Of a DNA stretch of 64,000 nucleotides, positions 1-15,509 are shown piece after piece (the stretch's first letter is position 1; each line of letters starts with the position of its first letter). Source of the stretch: Eledone cirrhosa (lineage: Eukaryota); NCBI GenBank assembly GCA_964016885.1, contig OZ024741.1, positions 70,990,001-71,054,000 of the forward strand, read 5' to 3'. The position numbers and the translations under genes are program-made. The notes beneath the pieces are model-generated. The model made no database searches. It worked only from the letters and a program-made list of their open reading frames with translations, and was not told where the DNA came from.

Positions 1-702
1 CAAAAGAGGTTGGGTGATGGACACAATTGAAAGGGCTGAGGTCACAATTTCTTCTTTGACAAATCCCTAATTAAGCCAGTTTCTTTTTAAATGGATGAGA
101 GTGGCAAGCATGATCTAAGTGAAGGGGCCTGCTCTGAGTATGCACCTGTAGATAGGAGGAAGACAAATAAGAGACCCAAATGGTCAGGGTGGTTTTTGTG
201 TGCTTTCTCTACAAGTGTCTTTTGGAAGTCTCCCCTCTATTGAAGGATTTTATTTTGTTTTAATTTCACATGTTTTAGTGTTTGTTATATTTTCACAATA
301 AAACCTACACTGTATTGTCCTGTGTCATTCTCTGCCATCCTTAATGTTTTCTTCTTGTGAACATTTTGTGGTTAATAAAGAAATCATTATTGATAATAAT
401 AACAATATTAATAATAATAATATTGTTGATGCAGTTTTTGTTGTAATCATGGATCTCTTGACAACACCCCCTCCCCCCCTTTCAATGTTTTTCAAAACAT
501 CTCCAAATTATCATTCACATTACTCTCTCTCTTTCTCTTTGTATACATATACATACACCCACACACATGCATATATATATATATATATATACCTTCATAC
601 ATGCACATATACATACATACATACACCTACATATATATACACACACACATATATATATACACCCACACACAACAATATATATATATATATATTTATATAT
701 AT

Positions 703-745
<43 letters not shown>

Positions 746-756
746 CACCCACACAA

Positions 757-792
<36 letters not shown>

Positions 793-830
793 GGGAAGAA
801 GAGACCCCAAAACTATATATATATATATAT

Positions 831-2860
831 ACATGGGAAGAAGAGACCCTACCCCAAGTAAACCCTATAGAGGGACCAGCAGTATAAGTCAGCAGCAGCG
901 TAGTAAGTAAGGCAATCAAAGATATGAAGATGGGGAAGGCAACCGGTCCATCGGGTATAGCTGCCGAGATGCTGAAGGCATCTGGGTCTGTAGGTCACAC
1001 TATAACCACACGTATCATTAACCAGGTAATACTAGAAGGGGCCATACCAAAAGATTGGTGCAGTAGCATCATTGTCAACTGCTACAAAGGCAAAGGCGAT
1101 GCACTAGATAGAGGAAACTATAGAGGTATAAAGTTGATGGACCAGGTCATGAAAGTAACAGAAAGAGTTATAGCACAGCTGATTAGGGACCGGGTGAATA
1201 TAGACGAGATGCAATTTGGGTTTGTACCAGGAAGAAGCACCACTGATGCCCTCTTCCTTGTGAGGCAATTACAGGAAAAGTACCTAGCTAAAAGTAAGCC
1301 ACTCTACTTGGCATTTGTCGACCTTGAGAAAGCCTTTGACAGAGTTCCACGTGCTGTAATCTGGTGGGCTCTTAGAAAACTAGGAGTAGATGAATGGCTT
1401 GTGAAAGCGGTACAAGCCATGTATAGGGAAGCAGTCAGCAAAGTTAGGATTAGCAATGAGTATAGCGAGGAATTTAGCGTACAGGTTGGGGTCCACCAGG
1501 GCTCTGTTCTTAGCCCTCTCCTGTTCATCATAGTCCTGCAGGCAATAACGGAGGAGTTTAAGACCGGATGCCCATGGGAACTCCTGTATGCTGATGAGCT
1601 CGCACTCATAGCTGAATCTATGGTAGAACTAGAGAATAAATTCCAAACCAGGAAGCAGGGACTAGAGAGAAAGGGTCTCAAAGTCAACATGACCAAGACT
1701 AAGGTCCTTGTAAGTAGACGAGAAAACAGAACCCAGATCCCCTCGGAGAAATGGCCTTGCTCAGTATGTAGGAAAGGTGTAGGTAGGAACTCCATTCTCT
1801 GCCCCAAATGCAAACAATGGGTACACAAGAGATGTAGCGGGATCTCAGGAAGCTTAATTAAGAATGTAGGATTCACATGCAGCAGCTGTGCTGAAACAGC
1901 AAGCAGCAAACAGCCACAGGAAACAAGTACCACCAATCTCTGGGAGGGCCCTGTAGAAACAGTAGACAGCTTCTGCTACCTAGGTGACCGAATTAGCAGC
2001 AGAGGTGGGTGTTCAGAAAGTAGAATAACTAGGGTAAGAACGGGATGGAAGAAGTTTAGGGAACTACTACCACTGCTAGCTGCAAAAGGCTTCTCCCTCA
2101 GAATGAAAGGCAGACTGTATGATGCGTGTATCCGAACAGCCATGTTGCATGGTAGTGAGACCTGGGCGCTGAAGGTGGAAGACTTACGTAGATTAGAGAG
2201 AAACGAAGCCTGCATGCTCCGATGGATGTGTAACAGTAATATACGTGAACGACAAAGCATAAATGAATTGAGAGAGAGACTGAGCATAAGAGGAATCAAA
2301 TGCTGTGTGCAGGAGAGGCGGTTGCGCTGGTATGGACATGTGATGCGTATGAAGGATGACAGCTGCATAAAAAGGTGCAGAGCACTAGAAATTGATGGAA
2401 ACCGCGGAGTGGGGAGACCCAAGATGACTTGGGATGCGGTGATAAAAGCCGACCTTACCCAATTACACCTCTCAAAGACAATGACACACGACCGTGACTT
2501 CTGGCGTCACGCAGTAATACAGAGTACCCGACCTCCCATGGGTACATGCTGAAGCATATAAACAATATGCCCCCACACCCCCCACCGCAAGGTGGTCGTG
2601 GAGGTGCCACGGCAAAAAAGCACCCAGCCCACACTGTAAAGTGGACGTGTAGGCGCCACGAAAAAGCACCCAGCACTCACTGTAAATGAGGTTGGTGTTA
2701 GGAAGGGCATCCAGCTGTAGAAATCAAGCCAGATCAGTTCCTGTATGAGCAAGGCATGGTCAGCCGACCAGACACTGCACACAACAGGACAACCCGTCTA
2801 ACCGATGCTAGCGTGGAAGAACGGACGTAAAACGGTGATGATGATGATGATGATGATGAT
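831..2860 (+). mobile_element. 5'-truncated RTE-clade LINE with 3' UTR and (TGA)n tail
   Basis: Carries the RT ORF. The 3' UTR has GGTTGGTGTTAGGAAGGGCATCCAGCTGTAGAAA and a (TGA)n tail at ~2837-2860. Flanking sequence 701-790 recurs at ~2859-2925. Confidence 0.95.
924..2552 (+). pseudogene. RTE LINE reverse transcriptase (partial ORF) with embedded PHD-like finger; catalytic YADD reads YADE
   Basis: Motifs NYRGIKL, QFGFVPGRSTTDA, FVDLEKAFDRV, GVHQGSVLSPLLF, LLYADE, FCYLG, RLRWYGHVMR and GRPKMTW. No endonuclease domain is present. Confidence 0.92.
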
Positions 2861-3476
2861 ACACACACACATATATATATTTATATATATACACCCACAC
2901 AAAACTATATATATATATATATACATACGGAGGTGGGTTCTTCTTACATTCCACCACATTTATTATACATGAACACTATCAGACTCTTAATATCATAATT
3001 GGCATTTATCTGAAGGTTACTGAGTGCAACTTCCTCAGGCTGAGGGAGACAGGGGCAATGTGGGGCATGGATTGTGAGTGTGTGAGTGCAGTTTTGTCTT
3101 TTGTCATTATGACACTTTCAATAAGTAAGTTGGCAAATAATACAAACAGACTACTTTACTTTCTCCTCCACCCAGATTGTTTTATGTTTTCCTTGGTGGT
3201 GGTCATGGTGGCCTCTATGGTGCACACACTCTCCTCTTCCACAATATTATATATAGTATTATATTGATTTTTTTTATTTGTCTATTTTATATTATATTCA
3301 GATGTTTTAATTTTGTTTTCCACATCTCCCTGCTTCTTTCCCTAACTCCTGCCCCACCCCAATTCCATGATCCCCACCCCGTCCCCTTGCCACATCAATA
3401 CCCAACCCCTACCCCAGGCGCCTCTCATACTTTCATCTGAAATCCAATCATTTTAACAATTATTAACCTTCTCTGT

Positions 3477-6400
3477 CAACATCATCACCAGTACCATCAT
3501 CATCACCACCGTCACAAACATCACCAGTACCATCATCATCACCACTGTCACAAACATCACCACTACCATCATCATCATCACCACTGTCACAAACATCACC
3601 ACCACCATCATCACCACCACTGTCACAAACATCACCACTACCATCATCATCATCACCACTGTCACAAACATCACCAGTACCATCATCATCATCACCACTG
3701 TCACAAACATCACCACTACCATCATCATCACCACTGTCACAAACATCACCACTACCATCATCATCACCACTGTCACAAACATCACCAGTACCATCATCAT
3801 CACCACTGTCACAAACATCACCAGTACCATCATCATCACCACTGTCACAAACATCACCACTACCATCATCATCACCACTGTCACAAACATCACCAGTACC
3901 ATCATCATCACCACTGTCACAAACATCACCACTACCATCATCATCACCACTGTCACAAACATCACCACTACCATCATCATCACCACTGTCACAAACATCA
4001 CCACTACCATCATCATCACCACTGTCACAAACATCACCAGTACCATCATCATCACCACTGTCACAAACATCACCACTACCATCATCATCACCACTGTCAC
4101 AAACATCACCACTACCATCATCATCACCACTGTCACAAACATCACCAGTACCATCATCATCACCACTGTCACAAACATCACCAGTACCATCATCATCACC
4201 ACTGTCACAAACATCACCACTACCATCATCATCACCACTGTCACAAACATCACCAGTACCATCATCATCACCACTGTCACAAACATCACCACTACCATCA
4301 TCATCACCACTGTCGCAAACATCACCACTACCATTATCATCACCACTGTCACAAACATCACCACTACCATCATCATCACCACTATCACAAACATCACCAG
4401 TACCATGATCATCACCACTATCACAAACATCACCACTACCATCATCATCACCACTGTCACAAACATCACCAGTACCATCATCATCATCACCACTATCACA
4501 AACATCACCACTACCATCATCATCACCACTGTCACAAACATCACTACTACCATCATCACCACCACTGTCACAAACATCACCAGTACCATCATCATCACCA
4601 CTGTCACAAACATCACCAGTACCATCATCATCACCACTGTCACAAACATCACCAGTACCATCATCATCATCACCACTATCACAAACATCACCACTACCAT
4701 CATCATCACCACCACTGTCACAAACATCACCACTACCATCATCATCACCACCACTGTCACAAACATCACCACTACCATCATCATCATCACCACTGTCACA
4801 AACATCACCAGTACCATCATCATCATCACCACTGTCACAAACATCACCACTACCATCATCATCACCAGTCACAAACATCACCACTACCATCATCATCACC
4901 ACTGTCACAAACATCACCAGTACCATCATCATCACCACTGTCACAAACATCACCAGTACCATCATCATCACCACTGTCACAAACATCACCACTACCATCA
5001 TCATCATCACCACTATCACAAACATCACCAGTACCATGATCATCACCACTGTCACAAACATCACCAGTACCATGATCATCACCACTGTCACAAACATCAC
5101 CAGTACCATCATCATCACCACTGTCACAAACATCACCAGTACCATCATCATCACCACTGTCACAAACATCACCAGTACCATCATCATCACCACTGTCACA
5201 AACATCACCACTACCATCATCATCATCACCACTATCACAAACATCACCAGTACCATGATCATCACCACTGTCACAAACATCACCACTACCATCATCATCA
5301 CCACTGTCACAAACATCACCAGTACCATCATCATCATCACCACTATCACAAACATCACCACTACCATCATCATCACCACTGTCACAAACATCACCACTAC
5401 CATCATCATCATCACCACTGTCACAAACATCACCAGTACCATCATCATCATCACCACTGTCACAAACATCACCACTACCATCATCATCACCAGTCACAAA
5501 CATCACCACTACCATCATCATCACCACTGTCACAAACATCACCACTACCATCATCATCACCACTGTCACAAACATCACCAGTACCATCATCATCATCACC
5601 ACTATCACAAACATCACCACTACCATCATCATCACCACTGTCACAAACATCACCAGTACCATCATCATCATCACCACTATCACAAACATCACCACTACCA
5701 TCATCATCACCACTGTCACAAACATCACCAGTACCATCATCATCATCACCACTATCACAAACATCACCACTACCATCATCATCACCACTGTCACAAACAT
5801 CACCAGTACCATCATCATCATCACCACTATCACAAACATCACCACTACCATCATCATCATCACCACTGTCACAAACATCACCACCACCATCATCATCACC
5901 ACTGTCACAAACATCACCAGTACCATCATCATCATCACCACTATCACAAACATCACCACTACCATCATCATCACCACTGTCACAAACATCACCAGTACCA
6001 TCATCATCATCACCACTATCACAAACATCACCACTACCATCATCATCATCACCACTGTCACAAACATCACCAGTACCATCATCATCATCACCACTATCAC
6101 AAACATCACCACTACCATCATCATCATCACCACTATCACAAACATCACCACTACCATCATCATCATCACCACTGTCACAAACATCACCAGTACCATCATC
6201 ATCATCACCACTATCACAAACATCACCACTACCATCATCATCATCACCACTATCACAAACATCACCAGTACCATCATCATCATCACCACTATCACAAACC
6301 TCACCAGTACCATCATCATCATCACCACTATCACAAACATCACCACTACCATCATCATCACCACTGTCACAAACATCACCAGTACCATCATCATCATCAC

Positions 6401-9400
6401 CACTATCACAAACATCACCACTACCATCATCATCACCACTGTCACAAACATCACCAGTACCATCATCATCACCACTATCACAAACATCACCAGTACCATC
6501 ATCATCACCACTGTCACAAACATCACCAGTACCATCATCATCATCACCACTGTCACAAACATCACCACTACCATCATCATCACCACTGTCACAAACATCA
6601 CCAGTACCATCATCATCATCACCACTATCACAAACATCACCACTACCATCATCATCACCACTGTCACAAACATCACCAGTACCATCATCATCACCACTAT
6701 CACAAACATCACCAGTACCATCATCATCACCACTGTCACAAACATCACCAGTACCATCATCATCATCACCACTATCACAAACATCACCACTACCATCATC
6801 ATCACCACTGTCACAAACATCACCAGTACCATCATCATCACCACTATCACAAACATCACCAGTACCATCATCATCACCACTGTCACAAACATCACCAGTA
6901 CCATCATCATCATCACCACTGTCACAAACATCACCACCACCATCATCACCACTATCACAAACATCACCACCACCATCATCATCACCACTGTCACAAACAT
7001 CACCACTACCATCATCATCACCACTATCACAAACATCACCAGTACCATCATCATCATCACCACTGTCACAAACATCACCACCACCATCATCACCACCACT
7101 ATCACAAACATCACCAGTACCATCATCATCACCACTGTCACAAACATCACCAGTACCATCATCATCATCACCACTGTCACAAACATCACCACCACCATCA
7201 TCACCACCACTATCACAAACATCACCACCACCATCATCACCACCACTATCACAAACATCACCACCACCATCATCATCACCACTATCACAAACATCACCAC
7301 TACCATCATCATCACCACTGTCACAAACATTACCACCACCATCATCACCACCACTATCACAAACATCACCAGTACCATCATCATCACCACTGTCACAAAC
7401 ATCACCAGTACCATCATCATCATCACCACTGTCACAAACATCACCACTACCATCATCATCACCACTATCACAAACATCACCACCACCATCATCATCACCA
7501 CTATCACAAACATCACCAGTACCATCATCATCATCACCACTGTCACAAACATCACCACCACCATCATCACCACCACTATCACAAACATCACCAGTACCAT
7601 CATCATCACCACTGTCACAAACATCACCAGTACCATCATCATCATCACCACTGTCACAAACATCACCACTACCATCATCATCACCACTATCACAAACATA
7701 ACCAGTACCATCATCATCATCACCACTATCACAAACATCACCAGTACCATCATCATCATCACCACTGTCACAAACATCACCACCACCATCATCACCACCA
7801 CTATCACAAACATCACCACCACCATCATCACCACCACTATCACAAACATCACCAGTACCATCATCATCACCACTGTCACAAACATCACCACTACCATCAT
7901 CATCACCACTGTCACAAACATCACCAGTACCATCATCATCATCACCACTGTCACAAACATCACCACCACCATCATCACCACCACTATCACAAACATCACC
8001 ACCACCATCATCACCACCACTATCACAAACATCACCAGTACCATCATCATCACCACTGTCACAAACATCACCACTACCATCATCATCACCACTGTCACAA
8101 ACATCACCAGTACCATCATCATCATCACCACTGTCACAAACATCACCACCACCATCATCACCACCACTATCACAAACATCACCACTACCATCATCATCAC
8201 CACTATCACAAACATCACCAGTACCATCATCATCATCACCACTGTCACAAACATCACCACCACCATCATCACCACCACTATCACAAACATCACCACTACC
8301 ATCATCACCACCACTATCACAAACATAACCAGTACCATCATCATCATCACCACTATCACAAACATCACCAGTACCATCATCATCATCACCACTATCACAA
8401 ACATCACCAGTACCATCATCATCATCACCACTATCACAAACATCACCACTACCATCATCATCACCACTGTCACAAACATCACCAGTACCATCATCATCAT
8501 CACCACTGTCACAAACATCACCACCACCATCATCACCACCACTATCACAAACATCACCACCACCATCATCACCACCACTATCACAAACATAACCAGTACC
8601 ATCATCACCACCACTATCACAAACATAACCAGTACCATCATCATCATCACCACTATCACAAACATCACCAGTACCATCATCATCATCACCACTATCACAA
8701 ACATCACCAGTACCATCATCATCATCACCACTATCACAAACATCACCACTACCATCATCATCACCACTGTCACAAACATCACCAGTACCATCATCATCAT
8801 CACCACTGTCACAAACATCACCACCACCATCATCACCACCACTATCACAAACATCACCACCACCATCATCATCACCACTATCACAAACATAACCAGTACC
8901 ATCATCATCATCACCACTATCACAAACATCACCACTACCATCATCATCACCACTGTCACAAACATCACCACCACCATCATCACCACCACTATCACAAACA
9001 TCACCAGTACCATCATCATCACCACTGTCACAAACATCACCAGTACCATCATCATCATCACCACTATCACAAACATCACCAGTACCATCATCATCACCAC
9101 TGTCACAAACATCACCACTACCATCATCATCATCACCACTATCACAAACATCACCACTACCATCATCATCACCACTGTCACAAACATCACCACCACCATC
9201 ATCACCACCACTATCACAAACATCACCACTACCATCATCATCACCACTGTCACAAACCTCACCAGTACCATCATCATCACCACTGTCACAAACATCACCA
9301 CTACCATCATCATCATCACCACTGTCACAAACATCACCACCACCATCATCATCACCACTGTCACAAACATCACCACCACCATCATCATCACCACTGTCAC

Positions 9401-11850
9401 AAACATCACCACTACCATCATCATCACCACTATCACAAACATCACCAGTACCATCATCATCACCACTGTCACAAACATCACCAGTACCATCATCATCATC
9501 ACCACTATCACAAACATCACCACTACCATCATCATCACCACTGTCACAAACCTCACCAGTACCATCATCATCACCACTGTCACAAACATCACCACTACCA
9601 TCATCATCATCACCACTGTCACAAACATCACCACTACCATCATCATCACCACTGTCACAAACATCACCACCACCATCATCATCACCACTGTCACAAACAT
9701 CACCACTACCATCATCATCACCACTATCACAAACATCACCACCACCATCATCATCACCACTGTCACAAACATCACCACTACCATCATCATCATCACCACT
9801 GTCACAAACATCACCAGTACCATCATCATCATCACCACTATCACAAACATCACCACTACCATCATCATCACCACTGTCACAAACCTCACCAGTACCATCA
9901 TCATCATCACCACTGTCACAAACATCACCACTACCATCATCATCATCACCACTGTCACAAACATCACCAGTACCATCATCATCATCACCACTATCACAAA
10001 CATCACCACTACCATCATCATCACCACTGTCACAAACCTCACCAGTACCATCATCATCATCACCACTGTCACAAACATCACCACTACCATCATCATCATC
10101 ACCACTATCACAAACATCACCAGTACCATCATCATCATCACCACTGTCACAAACATCACCAGTACCATCATCATCATCACCACTATCACAAACATCACCA
10201 GTACCATCATCATCATCACCACTGTCACAAACATCACCAGTACCATCATCATCATCACCACTATCACAAACATCACCAGTACCATCATCATCATCACCAC
10301 TGTCACAAACATCACCACTACCATCATCATCATCACCACTGTCACAAACATCACCAGTACCATCATCATCATCACCACTATCACAAACATCACCAGTACC
10401 ATCATCATCATCACCACTGTCACAAACATCACCAGTACCATCATCATCATCACCACTATCACAAACATCACCAGTACCATCATCATCATCACCACTGTCA
10501 CAAACATCACCACTACCATCATCATCATCACCACTGTCACAAACATCACCAGTACCATCATCATCATCACCACTATCACAAACATCACCAGTACCATCAT
10601 CATCATCACCACTGTCACAAACATCACCAGTACCATCATCATCATCACCACTATCACAAACATCACCAGTACCATCATCATCATCACCACTATCACAAAC
10701 ATCACCAGTACCATCATCATCATCACCACTATCACAAACCTCACCAGTACCATCATCATCATCACCACTGTCACAAACATCACCACTACCATCATCATCA
10801 TCACCACTGTCACAAACATCACCAGTACCATCATCATCATCACCACTGTCACAAACATCACCAGTACCATCATCATCATCACCACTGTCACAAACATCAC
10901 CACTACCATCATCATCACCACTGTCACAAACATCACCACTACCATCATCATCACCACTGTCACAAACATCACCAGTACCATCATCATCATCACCACTATC
11001 ACAAACATCACCAGTACCATCATCATCACCACTGTCACAAACATCATCACCACCACTGTCACAAACATCACCAGTACCATCATCATCATCACCACTGTCA
11101 CAAACATCACCACTACCATCATCATCACCACTGTCACAAACATCATCACCACCACTGTCACAAACATCACCAGTACCATCATCATCATCACCACTGTCAC
11201 AAACATCACCACTACCATCATCATCACCACTGTCACAAACATCATCACCACCACTGTCACAAACATCACCAGTACCATCATCATCATCACCACTGTCACA
11301 AACATCACCACTACCATCATCATCACCACTGTCACAAACATCACCAGTACCATCATCATCATCACCACTGTCACAAACATCACCAGTACCATCATCATCA
11401 TCACCACTGTCACAAACATCACCACCACCATCATCACCACCACTGTCACAAACATCACCACTACCATCATCATCATCACCACTATCACAAACATCACCAG
11501 TACCATCATCATCATCATCACCACTATCACAAACATCACCAGTACCATCATCATCACCACTGTCACAAACATCACCAGTACCATCATCACCACCACTGTC
11601 ACAAACATCACCAGTACCATCATCACCACCACTATCACAAACATCACCAGTACCATCATCATCACCACCACTGTCACAAACATCACCAGTACCACCATCA
11701 ACATCACCACTATCACAAACATCACCAGTACCACCATCAACATCACCACTATCACAAACATCACCAGTACCATCATTGCCACCACTATCACAAACATCAC
11801 CAGTACCACCATCAACATCACCACCACTTTCACAAGCACAACCACTGTAC
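3477..11850. repeat. 8.4 kb minisatellite, 36/39-bp unit ACCACT(G/A)TCACAAACATCACC(AGT/ACT/ACC)ACC(ATC)3-4
   Basis: Directly visible tandem array with degenerate edges. It explains the very long low-complexity ORFs. Confidence 0.98.
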
Positions 11851-12062
11851 CATCTCTGCTATTATCTTCACCCCTCCTACCCACCCTTAATATTGATACA
11901 AATGAGAGAATAAGTCTGTCTGTAATACAACATCTGTTCATTATTCCAGGTTACACTCACCAGAGCTAAAACAAAACAACTTCTACAATCACACAGAAAA
12001 AAGAAGATAGCAAAATATATACATTTCTTTATCTATCTAACCTAACCTGATAAAATAATTGT

Positions 12063-12350
12063 GAAGGTGTTTCCTAGTGGTTAGGATGTTAGACTTGTGA
12101 TCCTAATGCTGTAGGTTCAATTTCTTGACTGAGTGACATGCTGTGTTCTTAAGCAAAACACTTCTTTTCATGTTATTTCAGTTAACTCAGCTGAAAATTA
12201 GTACCAGCAGTAGCTGGGGATTTAACCCTGCAAATGACTGGAATCTGGTTGAGGAGCAAATCTCATACTCCCAGTTGTTTAACATTAATCAAACTAAATT
12301 GAACTCTAGCTGTATGAACCTCCAGGTTTGGAAAAGACAATAACTTTAAC
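12063..12350 (+). mobile_element. tRNA-derived SINE (diverged)
   Basis: A-box-like TAGTGGTTAGG and B-box-like GGTTCAATTTC. Similar to the copy at 22187. Confidence 0.65.
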
Positions 12351-12418
12351 TTAACTTTAAATAAACAATTCAGGGTTTAAGTTCATGATATCAGAAACCA
12401 AGATAAAGTAGAGCCAGA

Positions 12419-12647
12419 TTAACCCTTTAGCATTTACATTACTCTATATTTACTATTATATTTTCACAGTAAACACTTTATTTCACATAATTATTTCACA
12501 TACTATCAAATCTATAAGGTTTTGATATTATTTATTTTGAGAAAAATACCTTAACATCAGTATGAGCAGTTGGTTATGGTTGGTTTGAACAGAAAGAGGT
12601 GAGAGAACTCTGGCTGGATATGGCTGGTTTAAATGCTAAAGGGTCAA
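12419..12647. mobile_element. piggyBac-like MITE
   Basis: TTAA-CCCTTTAGCATTT ... AAATGCTAAAGGG-TCAA: terminal inverted repeats with CCC/GGG ends and a TTAA-like target. Confidence 0.65.
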
Positions 12648-13162
12648 AAAGATATCTAAAGGTCCTGGGCACTGAGAAAGATTATAGTACTCCGATATAA
12701 TGCATATGAAAAAAAAAATTTCAGTATATTGTACAGAAAAAAAACTGTATGAGGCACCTCATGACTTGAGGACATAAGTACATGTTTATTTTGCTTAATG
12801 GTTAATCCAGAGCAAGAATAGATAGATGAATGTGAATACTTTTCTTGAGGCAGAATATACCACCAAATACAGACTAGTTATCAGCAACATTAGAATAAGA
12901 AACATACGGAATCAGAATTACAGAACAATCTGGAGATGTAAGGGGAAGAGGTGGGAACAAAGATCTCTCTGTTAAATAAAGTCAGAATGTGGAGGAAAGC
13001 TGTGCTGGAGAAAACTCATCCAACCAATGCAAGCATTGATAGGTTGACATGATGATGATATTTTACATCTGCTTTTCTATGCTGGCATATATATGTGTGT
13101 GTGAGGAGGGGTGTATGTGTTCATCTGTATGTGTATGTCTCTATACACACACATACACACAA

Positions 13163-13226
<64 letters not shown>

Positions 13227-13438
13227 GAAATAACTTATTCAGGATTAAAATTGTTTCAATCTTTTGGAACCCCCAGAAAAGACTTTGCAAATGATTTCAG
13301 ATGAACAAAACAATTCTAGTCCTGTAGAATTCATTTCTATCGTATTTAAATGTAGTTTTCTTCTGTTTCTCTTCAGAAAATTAGATGAACTGAGAAGAAT
13401 GTTGAACCTTCATATGACGAAACACAACAGAAGAGTCC

Positions 13439-14263
<825 letters not shown>

Positions 14264-14447
14264 AATGAAAGGTATAGAAAGTATTGTAGCAAGAAGCCAA
14301 CAGTATTCCATAATATATATATATATATATATATATAGTAATAATAATAAATTTGAAGACTAAAATCCAAAGAGGGCTCGATAAGGATAAATATATATCA
14401 AATATATAAGAACCCTAGAGCAAATATTTATTAAAATAACAGATTAA

Positions 14448-14498
14448 AGTTTAAGCAAAGAATCGCTGCTTTCACCCTTAACGGGATCTTCTGAAACT
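14448..14498 (-). ncRNA. Hammerhead-like ribozyme variant (CAGAAGA core), left arm
   Basis: Reverse complement reads AGTTT-CAGAAGA-TCCCGTTAAGGGT-GAAA-GCA..TGC-TT-AAACT. Confidence 0.5.
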
Positions 14499-15322
14499 AA
14501 CAAAGTCAATCTGTAAACGCAGAACTGGATATTTCAAAAAACGTTGCAACCGGAGGAAGACAGGAAGACGATACTTTGGTTCGTGGAAACGTTCGCTGGC
14601 TAAGAACGGGAAAAAACGAATATATTACGTCATTAATAGGAGCGGTGAAAAACAATACGCGCAAAGACAGAACCACGTTTATAGTATAATAGAGGTCGTA
14701 GACTAATGTTCTCTTAGGTGGTGCATAGAGACGTTCTCTGGCGATGAACGAAAAAAACGAAGATAATACGTCATATGTGGAGCGTGGAGAACAATAGCAC
14801 GCAAAGACAAAACCACGTAAATTCTAACTAGGAGATCGAATGAATCTACGCTACGGAGTTAAGAACAAAGTAAATAAATACAATACAGAAGTAATAGAAA
14901 TAAATAAATACATACACGCAAACAGAAACGTACATACACAAGCGGAGATTCATTCGGTCTCCTAGTTAGAATTTAGTCTACGACTTCTGCTATACCATTT
15001 ACGTGGTTTTTTCTTTGCGTGCTATTGTTCTCCACGCTCCACATATGACGTATTATCTTCGTTTTTTTTTCGTTCAGCGCCAGAGAACGTCTCTATGCAC
15101 CACCTAAGAGAAAATTAGTCTACGACCTCTATTATACTATAAACGTGGTTCTGTCTTTGCGCGTATTGTTTTTCACCGCTCCTATTAATGACGTATTATA
15201 TTCGTTTTTTCCCGTTCTTAGCCAGCGAACGTTTCCACGAACCAAAGTATCGTCTTCCTGTCTTCCTCCGGTTGCAACGTTTTTTGAAATATCCAGTTCT
15301 GCGTTTACAGATTGACTTTGTT

Positions 15323-15373
15323 AGTTTCAGAAGATCCCGTTAAGGGTGAAAGCAGCAATTCTTTGCTTAAACT
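15323..15373 (+). ncRNA. Hammerhead-like ribozyme variant (CAGAAGA core), right arm
   Basis: Stem I AGTTT/AAACT, core CAGAAGA, stem II CCC/GGG, GAAA, stem III AGCA/TGCT, UH site = UU. Confidence 0.5.
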
Positions 15374-15509
15374 CTAATCTGTTATTTTCATAAATATTAT
15401 ATATATATATATATATTATATATTATATATATATATATTATATATTATATATCTAAGGCGGGTAAAATTCCCGAGATCCATGGACGAGTTCTCTCCAGCG
15501 GTCTCTGTC

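Larger units (their letters stand above)
14341..15398. mobile_element. Fold-back Penelope-like terminal-repeat remnant (arms ~14423-14852 and 14941-15398)
   Basis: Inverted arms of ~430-460 bp. One arm has an extra ~80-nt tail. TA flanks on both sides and a hammerhead-like motif in each arm. Confidence 0.75.

Noticed and set aside
1304-2422. Antisense ORFs over RTE copies (also 38250-39386 and 45658-46600)
   Set aside because: They are shadow frames of the RT coding strand with no independent motifs.
4862-11941. 2359-aa Val/Met-rich and 2284-aa His-rich ORFs as protein-coding genes
   Set aside because: The repeat unit lacks stops in most frames on both strands, so long ORFs are expected. 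There is no signal peptide, unique domain or supported splice structure.
12063-12135. tRNA genes at SINE heads (12063, 22187, 40848)
   Set aside because: A and B boxes are present but there is no complete cloverleaf, and each continues into a SINE body.
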